Positions 54,801 through 64,000 of a stretch of DNA of 64,000 nucleotides are shown piece after piece. The stretch covers positions 1,380,060 through 1,444,059 of the forward strand of contig CM061248.1 in NCBI GenBank assembly GCA_022605425.2, given 5' to 3'. A program made the position numbers and the translations under genes. Within the stretch, counting starts at the first letter, position 1; each line of letters begins with the position of its first letter. A model generated the notes under the pieces. It did not search any database. It was not told the origin of the DNA and was given only the letters and a program-made list of their open reading frames with translations. Source of the stretch: Hamiltosporidium tvaerminnensis FI-OER-3-3 (Eukaryota; Fungi; Microsporidia).

Positions 54801-57541
54801 ACAAGATAAAATTAGACATTTTTTAAAAATATATTCTTTACTTTATTCTAAAACTCAAATGTTGGAATAAATATACTTGTTTTATAAATAGAAAAACTGC
54901 TTGTGCAAGTATCAAAGTAGAACGACAAATAAAAAACAGACGAATGCTCTTAAAAAAATTTAAAAAAAGTAGATTCGAATAAAATGAAAAAGAAAGGTGA
55001 AAAGGAGTAGATAAAGATTTATCTAATTAAATAAATTCAAATGAACTAGTTATAACTAAAAATGCTAAACTAGAAAAAAATAAATCTAAACAATTAAAAA
55101 ACTACAATATTTAACGTAAAAAAGGAATGGAAGGTAAAATAAATTAAAATGTAATAGAGTCATATCTTCAAAACACGAATTTAATATTTTAAAAGCTATA
55201 AATAACCTTAATTTAATACTATAGATAAATAAAGCATAAATTGTAGTTTAGATCACAATAATTATCAAAAATATTTATATGACTCGAAATTATCGCTAGT
55301 ATATATAGAACTATTATTTTAAAACCTTTCACGTAATTTTAGAAAAATAAAGTAACTTAAATAGTACAAGACTACCCTGCATTGTGATTATACTTAAAAA
55401 TATTATTTCGTATAAATACATTTACTTTATTTAAATGTTATATTATTTGTTATTTAAATAAAAGATTAGCTTTAATTACTATTTTTTCTTGTATATATTT
55501 TTAATGCCTTATGAGACGTACTTTTAAATACTTAGAGAAGAAAAAATTATTTAAATTTATCTTATACCAAATATTATTTAACCCAAAGTCTATTTCATTG
55601 CAGTTAAAATTTCTTTAATTTTTTTTAACAACTATATTACATTCTTATACATAAATTAGAATATTTTAGACATTATATCAATTTATTCCAAAGAAAACGC
55701 ATTTCGAATCAAAAAATATAAATTTAATACGGATGCACAAACTGAAATACTACTAATTCAAAACTTTTATTTGAAACAAACTAAAATATTTTCACACATT
55801 TACTTTACCTTATAATATCGAATGATATCCGTACCCGAAGAAATTTGAATAAAAAGATTCACCTTCCAATTTCTTTAAAAAACTTATATTTAGATGTTTA
55901 CAATACAGTATCCATAGATTTATAAGTAACTGAACATTCTTAGTTTTTTTTTGTTCTATAATTATTCGATAAAATCTTACATATGTCTCATTTTATCAAC
56001 AAATTAAATCCGAAAAAAAATCCATTTCGATATGAATCTTTAAAATATAAACACTGTTCTAAATATAGACATTCTATATATTCATGTATGATATATTTTA
56101 AATAAAGTTTAATTTTTTTTTATTACATTTTTTAATTTCTACTATTTTCTATTATTTTTACAAATTTTGTAATTCAAAATAAAACCTAATACATTTAGAA
56201 CTTAAAAAATATGTATACCACTTTTAAAATGATACACAATTAATTTTATATAATTAAATAAAATTGAGGGTCATTATAACGATTAAATGTATAATATATT
56301 TAAATTTATTGGATTTTGCTATACTTAGAATGAAAAATTATTAAATAACTTAATCACAAATTAAAATTAAATAAAATAAGAATATACCATATAAAAGTAC
56401 TAATAGAAATCAAGCATTGGATATATCAGCCTTTTTCATATCTTAAGATAGGAAGAATAATTATACCACTCGATTTTTATAGTTTTATAAAATAAAATTG
56501 AACAAATTTGTAAAATGTTTAATTAAATATATGAGTATTCTGTTCTTTCAACACTTAAGATATAAGAATGATTTTGAAATTATTTTTTTGAATAATACGA
56601 TTAATTCCCTTTATTCTTTTTCATAAATTTTATCACTCAACAAATACTTATATTACTAAAATATACAAAAATGATAAATAAATATATTTAATTTTCAGTT
56701 TTCTTAGCATAAAATTCAACTAAAAACAATAAAAAAATGAATAATCGTTTGAAATATGAAATTTAATTCATTTTTTTCTTTGAACACCATAATTCAGAAC
56801 TTATTTTATGAAAATCAGAAAAATAAAACAAATTTAAATCAAAATACAAAAATATATTATAAAACAAAAAAAGCATTTATTAAATTGATAAATAAATCTT
56901 TTTCTTTCCAGTAATTTAATTTCAAATCTTACAATCGAATTATCACAGTATGCTATCCAAATTTAAATATTTCAAGAGAATATAGTTTCGGGACATATAT
57001 CTATGTGGTAATCTCTTTTAAGATAAATTATAGACAGTGTTATCGCTTCTCTCAACTCTTTTTTCCACTGATTCTTTTTCAAAACATTTGTATCTTTCAA
57101 GGCACTCAGCTTATCAAGGTGCTTTTACGTGTTGTTTTCATCTAAAACTATCACAAAAACACTCTAAATTAAAGCAAACATAAAGACATCTGAATACAAT
57201 CATTGCTTTGATTTCTATTTTTTAACTATCTCACAAAAATTGTTCATGACATTTTTTTACAAAGAAAACAAAGTAATTTATCTTTAGTTTTTTCTTAGGT
57301 TTAGGTAGGTTCTTATGTGGGACAGTAATCATAAGATATATTAAGAAGAATAAAACAAAAAAAATAATATATTTAAAAATACAAAGATGGAAAAAAGTAA
57401 CATATAAGAAATTCAATTTTATTTTATTTATGAATTATAAATAGTACTTTAAATTCAACTCCACCAAAAAATATTTCGTACTTAGTTACAGTTGAAATAT
57501 TATTAAAACGAAATTATAATTCAATCAAGTTTTAATTTTAT

Positions 57542-57652
57542 TTTAATCATTTATATATTGAATGTAATATCGTTTAGTTTCCAAACTATATTACTCCATA
57601 ACTAAAGTTTGGAAACTATACAGATTTTCATTTCAGAATAGAAATGATGAAA
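57542..57652. repeat. Fold-back palindrome (MITE-like)
   Basis: Perfect 13-bp inverted repeat TAGTTTCCAAACT (57575-57587) / AGTTTGGAAACTA (57606-57618), extended by ~33-bp imperfect arms. Confidence 0.6.
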
Positions 57653-58499
57653 CCTTTTATATTTTGTATAGAACTGACACAGTGTTGTAGTCCTGGGAAA
57701 TACTACTTTGTTTCCCTTTTTAGAGAAAAAATCGGAATTTATTTTTATTTCTTTACATTCTTTTTTTGTGTTCTGTAAAATCTAAAAACACATATGGGTT
57801 TTTGGTATAGGAAAAACATATTACGATATTTAAAATTAAAAAATACTAAAACAAGTCATTTTTCTATTAATTAGTTAAAACATTCCGTATTTTGAGAATA
57901 AAAATATTTTACTTGCGATAATTTTAAAAAAGAAGTGTAGTTTCTTAATTTTGTATTTTAAAATGATCTACAAGGTGAAGTAGTTACTCTTCTAGTTTCT
58001 AATCTATATAAACATCCTTATGAAAACTAGATCCACAGTAAAATGACCTTACAAAGTTAGAGAGAATCTTTTAAATTGAAGAAAGCCAAAAAAGAAACTT
58101 CGAAACTAAGTTTGAATGTAACTTTCCCCCATAAATTTCGACCTAACCTAGATATACGAAATTAGGTTAACTATCTCTATCCGTAGCTTACATACTTCTT
58201 TGTGAATCCCAAGGAAACTACTTCGCACTTTTCCTTAGTACTTCGGACATTTTTTATTAAAATTGGGAAAAAATACTTCAATTTTCCCGATCTTCCTCAT
58301 ACGTTTTTTTCACAGATTAGGCTAGCATTAAAATATTTTTTCTGAATTGTATAAAGTAAATAATTCAATATTCCTTAACTTTCATAAATATATATTAAGA
58401 GTAAGTGTAAACCGATTCTTATCTCCTTTACATAAATAATATTTTATAACCTTTTTGGGTTTCCTACACTAAATTATGCAATAAACCAGTTCATTTTAT

Positions 58500-60800
58500 T
58501 TCGTCGAACCCATTTACTATTTATCTATGAGCATAAATAAATCACCCTGAATTTCCATACTTCATTTGGATTTAATTTCAAGTTAGAAAAATTCATTTTA
58601 CATTCCTTGACATATTTTTCAATGCTTATAAATTACTTTAAGTTTAGCAAAACACATTTTTTCAAAAAGAAAACAACTCTAGTATAGATGCTATACCTCA
58701 CGCATTAACCATAAAATAAAACCAGTTTTTTTGTAAGTTTAATTCAAATAGGTCAAGAAAATTTAAATGACTAACGTATTGTCATAAAAGTGAATTAAAG
58801 TTATTAAAATTTAAAAAGATTAACTGTAACTACAGGATATTATTTTATCTTTTTTTTATGGTAAACATTCCCACCGAATCTTTTCTAATATCCAATTCTG
58901 TCCAATATTTGGACTTTTTGAATTTCGATTATGACAATTTAAGTTAATGATCTTGATAGGGTTATTACCTACCAATATATTCTTAATAAATGAATTCATT
59001 TATTTAGGTAATTCTGACTTTAGTCAAGATCGGTTGAGTTCTTTCACACGCTCTTTGAATCATAGTAGGAAACTATGGAAATAATTAGAAATATGTTTCT
59101 TTTAGAATATAAATCAACTCAAACGATGTAAGATAGAAAATTCATGTCTAAATATTCTAGTAATATATAAGTTAATCGTGTATTAATTCTATGGCTTCAA
59201 CATCAAGATTTATATCTCAAGATAAAATATATCTCGGAACTTTCATAGGAAGATTGTCTTAAGTCACCTATAGAAGATGCTAAGGATTAAAAACGCGATC
59301 TATTTAGTTTTTGTAATTTTTAATAAACAATTGTCTTTCATTTTATATTTTAATTAGACAAGTCGTAAATTTGATATGATAATCTACAAATCAACAAAGA
59401 TTATCTTAGGAATTTTACTTTCATTATAATATATGAATAATTTCATATAACTAACATTCTTTTTTGGTCTTCATACATTAATATCGCAACTATAAATATA
59501 TTTACATTTCAAATGTTACAAATATTTTGTAATTCACCTTTGTATAATTAGTTCTTCATTTTTAGGAGATTTCTTCGAAGCTTTATATCTATTAAGAAAA
59601 ATATAAAAGAAATATTCTAGAAAAATGAGTCAATTAATTTAAATTATACTTTATTACATTTATAATTTATGTTTTTGATTTATTTTATCTTTATACCATA
59701 ACAAAAATTTTACCTAATTTAGGTTTTCATTAAATTATTTTTTGTGGTAAACGTATTGCTTTGTAAACAAGTTAAATATCTAAGAAAACTAAAAAAATAC
59801 ATATAACCATACTATTTAAAAATTAGTAAGCAATTATCTATAAACTAGGTAGACGAATAAATAAAATTAAAATTGTATAATAAGTAATGTATAAACTGTT
59901 ATTTAAATTAGTTTTAATATAGAAGTAGTATAATAAAAATATAGTTATCATTTCAAAACATTTTAATGTATTATATTTTTTATCTAAATTTCATTCTTTA
60001 GATCTTTTCAATGCAATAATGTATAGTCTAATAAAAATAATTTACAAAATCAAAATATTTAATACATTTATATTAATAACAACTAATCTGGTTCACACTG
60101 GCTATATATTATGAAACAAAATATTTATTTATATGGATATATTGAGACGAATCAAATTTTTAAATTATTATATAGATTGTTTTGCATATGAATCAAAAAT
60201 TAATGTCTGTATAAATCTAAATAATATCATATCCATTTCAAAAAAAGCAATAATATATTTTTTCATATATATTCTCATTAAAGTATTATATATAAGATAT
60301 AGATACACCTTAACACATTATCTTTCTTTATATTAGATTTAGTTTCTTTTTAAGTAACATAAACAATACTATATAATTAAACGCTATTAAAGATTGCATC
60401 AATTAAGAAAAAGTAAAAAGTATAAGGTTATATAGAAATCTATAGTTACGCATAAACCCCATATATGATTAATGTTTCAGACAATATATTGAAGGCTTCT
60501 AAAAACAATTTCACAAAATTTAATACAGTCATATTTAGATCGAACACAACGTATTATGATCAAGATAAAAAAAATCTTCGTTTTAGATAATGAGTTATGT
60601 TTTTAATTGTCCGAATGTTCGTAAAAAGCATAAAAAGACAAAAAATACCTTACACACAAAAACTTCCAATTATGGTTAATTTTAAAAGTCTATTAGGCTT
60701 AACTCCTTAAAATCATATAAGAAGAGGTAAAACTTAATTATATATCAAAATATAACATAATGATATAAAATAAGAAATTTTATGAAACCTGAATATAAAA
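58500..60800 (-). pseudogene. Subtelomeric gene family copy E (decayed)
   Basis: Core at 60420-60730 nearly identical to copy D core; body resembles copy B. Confidence 0.65.
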
Positions 60801-61148
60801 TAAATATAAATTTCTCAAAAAAAGATAAAATTATACATTAGTTCTAAAAAAGTAACTATAATCTCTAAATCAAAGATTAAATTAACCAGATTTGCTTTAG
60901 TTGAGGAAAAACTGTTTGCATGAGTGTCGAGTAACATAGCAAATGAAAAAAAATGGTTGGTCGTAAAAATGATACCATACTAAAGTGATTGTTAAAATAA
61001 TAACGTAGTAGAATAATAATTTAAGCAAATTCACACAAACAAAACAGGAAATAAAAAAATGGAAAAAAGCATATTAAAGAAGAAATATATTAGGAACCTA
61101 ATAACAAACATTTAGACCACTAGAAAAATTAAAAATACTTCACGCTTT

Positions 61149-63229
61149 AGCTTTATTTAAAACTCAAATTTCGTATTATTAAACAAATTAGAAACATTCC
61201 ATGTTAGTAGAGCATGATAACAACATAAAAAATAGTAATTTTCAGTCTTTCTTTCTGAGAAAACGAATCACAGCGTCAAAATCATCCTATTTTGTCCTCT
61301 TACATATTCCATGAATGCCTTAAAGCCACAATTAGTAATTCTCTTTACATCATAATAACGCACGATGTTGATATATTTGAATATTCTTTTGTTCCCTAGA
61401 AATCAAGCTTATTAAAAATCCATCAACATTTTCTTAGGAATCACTTTAGTATTATTAAAATAATATTAGATGTAGTTTTAATCTAACAATAATTTTAGTA
61501 TTATTTTCCATTAATTCCTTAAGAATATTAATTTTTTTTTCATTAATAAATTTAAAGCCAAGGGAAAGAGTGGGACGCACTGATCTTGCTAAGTTGTTTC
61601 TATAGTAGTAGAGCATATGGAAAAACACTGGGTGTATTATAAAACATCCCCAAACAGTACTTCAAGACACATCTCAATTCTCTCCGTTGCTAGGAAAAAC
61701 GTGTTATGAGCCGATAAAATTAAGAATTGATAATCTAATATAAGTCTAACATACCCAACATAGCCTCCCAACACGAGTTTAGAAGACTTTGCTGTTATTT
61801 TCGCCTTTTTTCTCAGAAGACGTTTTGTAATAGAATAGCAGCTTTTAAAGCCTTTTTTCTTGGTTGTCTGACAGTAAAATTCGTATCAACGCCTTTTAAA
61901 AAAAGGGATATCTAAGATACTTGAAAAGGCATTGGTTTTCAACACTAATATTATTAATAAATATTTTAATCATATTTCAGCAATTATAAGAGTAGTTCTT
62001 TTCTTTCAAAATATATGCATTATTAGATGAAGGGCTTTAAATGCATCTGATATTCTTCTTAATCCGTTCCAAACTACTACAATAAAGCAAAACATCTTCT
62101 AATTACCTAAATATATTATTCCTCAGATGAGAAGAGACATAGAAAATCAAATAATCAAAGACAATATTGAACTAACTTAAGAATATCCCAGGTCTTTGCG
62201 GTAACTCTTTGCAAAAAGTAGTAAATTTTGTTTTCAGATTATACTCTATCAATAAATATAAATTATTCTGAAGTAATTCCGCAATCAATAGAGTATTATT
62301 CGCGGTAAAATCTTGATACAACATGAGCTTCTTATATAAGCGTTGCTATAGCCCGATTCATAAGCTGATTTCTTATCGATCGTTACGAAAAATATCACTA
62401 CTACTTTCTAAAATATGTTCTATCTGAGCTATTAGTAAAAGCTGAGTTATTCCGTGTGTAACCAGTTTTTTTCTTTTATAAAACGAACTCGAATTTTATA
62501 AATACGCTCTTTTCAAACAATTTACAAGTTTTTTCATTAGTGCGAGATTCCTGTATAATTTATTTCTCTTTTTTATCGCTGTCATCGTATTTAGTTTTCA
62601 TGCCTTTGTTACTTCTCGCAAAAAAATAAAAGAATTAAAATAATTATTTAAATGAAAGAAATATATCTATGAACATGTTTATAAATGTGCATTTATTCTC
62701 TCTAAAATCACCCAGACTTAATTGGCCGTAGTGGCTTTATTTCCCCTTTCAAATTTAACATAAGATTATACTAACTAAACTATCTTCTTTATCGCTTTGA
62801 TAATAATTAAGACTGTCATATATTTTTTAACTTTATCTTTATATAGTGTCAACAGAATACTGAATTATTGTTACTCACTACTGAACCATAATCTTCGTAT
62901 TTATTTACCAACACACGCGTTCTTTTTTTACTACATTGAAAAACCTTACTAAACCAAATCGTTAACCGGATTTGAATTCTAATATTAGAATTGGCTTTAT
63001 CTAAATAACTAATCTTCCTTTCATTTTTTCGATCAACTCTTAAATTTCTTTAAAATTAAAGTCAGTTATCGTTCTCACAGCTCGTTCAATTTCTTTTTAA
63101 ATTAGCTATGATAAGGTTGTGCAGTTTATGAGAAACTTGTCTTTTTATTTGCAAACTCTTCGAAGCTTCAACTTAAATATCTTGCAATAATTCGAGTTTT
63201 TCTTTATTCGGTAATTTATTCAACAGAAT
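61149..63229 (-). mobile_element. Ancient 5'-truncated copy of the same LINE family, adjoining the telomere
   Basis: Minus translation aligns to ORF2: LNKLPNKEKLELL/LNTLPIDEKLNLL, NTLLIAELLQNN/DTLLIAELIENN, KGVDTN..RKKALKAAI/KGTDTN..RKKSLKAAI. YADD has decayed to *LED. 3' hairpin relic and TAAATAAAGCT end. Confidence 0.9.
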
Positions 63230-64000
63230 TTAGGGTTAGGGTTAGGGTTAGGGTTAGGGTTAGGGTTAGGGTTAGGGTTAGGGTTAGGGTTAGGGTTAGG
63301 GTTAGGGTTAGGGTTAGGGTTAGGGTTGGGTTAGGGTTAGGGTTAGGGTTAGGGTTAGGGTTAGGGTTAGGGTTAGGGTTAGGGTTAGGGTTAGGGTTAG
63401 GGTTAGGGTTAGGGTTAGGGTTAGGGTTAGGGTTAGGGTTAGGGTTAGGGTTAGGGTTAGGGTTAGGGTTAGGGTTAGGGTTAGGGTTAGGGTTAGGGTT
63501 AGGGTTAGGGTTAGGGTTAGGGTTAGGGTTAGGGTTAGGGTTAGGGTTAGGGTTAGGGTTAGGGTTAGGGTTAGGGTTAGGGTTAGGGTTAGGGTTAGGG
63601 TTAGGGTTAGGGTTAGGGTTAGGGTTAGGGTTAGGGTTAGGGTTAGGGTTAGGGTTAGGGTTAGGGTTAGGGTTAGGGTTAGGGTTAGGGTTAGGGTTAG
63701 GGTTAGGGTTAGGGTTAGGGTTAGGGTTAGGGTTAGGGTTAGGGTTAGGGTTAGGGTTAGGGTTAGGGTTAGGGTTAGGGTTAGGGTTAGGGTTAGGGTT
63801 AGGGTTAGGGTTAGGGTTAGGGTTAGGGTTAGGGTTAGGGTTAGGGTTAGGGTTAGGGTTAGGGTTAGGGTTAGGGTTAGGGTTAGGGTTAGGGTTAGGG
63901 TTAGGGTTAGGGTTAGGGTTAGGGTTAGGGTTAGGGTTAGGGTTAGGGTTAGGGTTAGGGTTAGGGTTAGGGTTAGGGTTAGGGTTAGGGTTAGGGTTAG
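63230..64000 (+). repeat. Telomere (TTAGGG)n
   Basis: Perfect TTAGGG array to the window end, with one TTGGG variant at 63326-63330. Confidence 0.99.

Noticed and set aside
1197-60336. Short 60-90 aa ORFs in the supplied track outside the LINE
   Set aside because: F/L/I/K/N/Y-biased chance ORFs, antisense shadows of the LINE or pseudogenes, or frames within non-coding repeats.
1-63229. Alternative genetic code (TAA/TAG read as sense) to explain the lack of ORFs
   Set aside because: The LINE ORFs read in the standard code, and relics contain TGA stops and frameshifts at non-conserved positions, consistent with decay.

Overview
Very AT-rich eukaryotic chromosome end (subtelomere plus telomere); composition and repeat content suggest a microsporidian or similar fungal-related parasite (inference). 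No intact host gene is visible. The window holds: (1) a young but frameshifted non-LTR retrotransposon (APE endonuclease + RT) on the minus strand at ~11.2-15 kb; (2) a much older copy of the same family at 61.15-63.23 kb, cut off in mid-ORF2 and joined directly to the (TTAGGG)n tract; (3) a 730-bp non-coding, GC-richer, strongly base-paired insertion (52755-53484) with an exact 17-bp target-site duplication, ending in the same TAAATAAAG(T/C)T terminus as both LINE copies, plus a decayed inverted copy at ~49.4-50.1 kb, which together make a candidate LINE/non-tRNA SINE partnership; (4) five decayed same-strand copies of one gene family; (5) a diverged ~185-190 bp tandem array (~18 units, 27.8-31.1 kb); (6) two paralogous blocks of degenerate TTAGGG-cored minisatellite; (7) faint Ty3/gypsy pol relics. 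Most short ORFs in the supplied track are AT-rich noise. All alignments were done by eye, so boundaries of decayed features are approximate.
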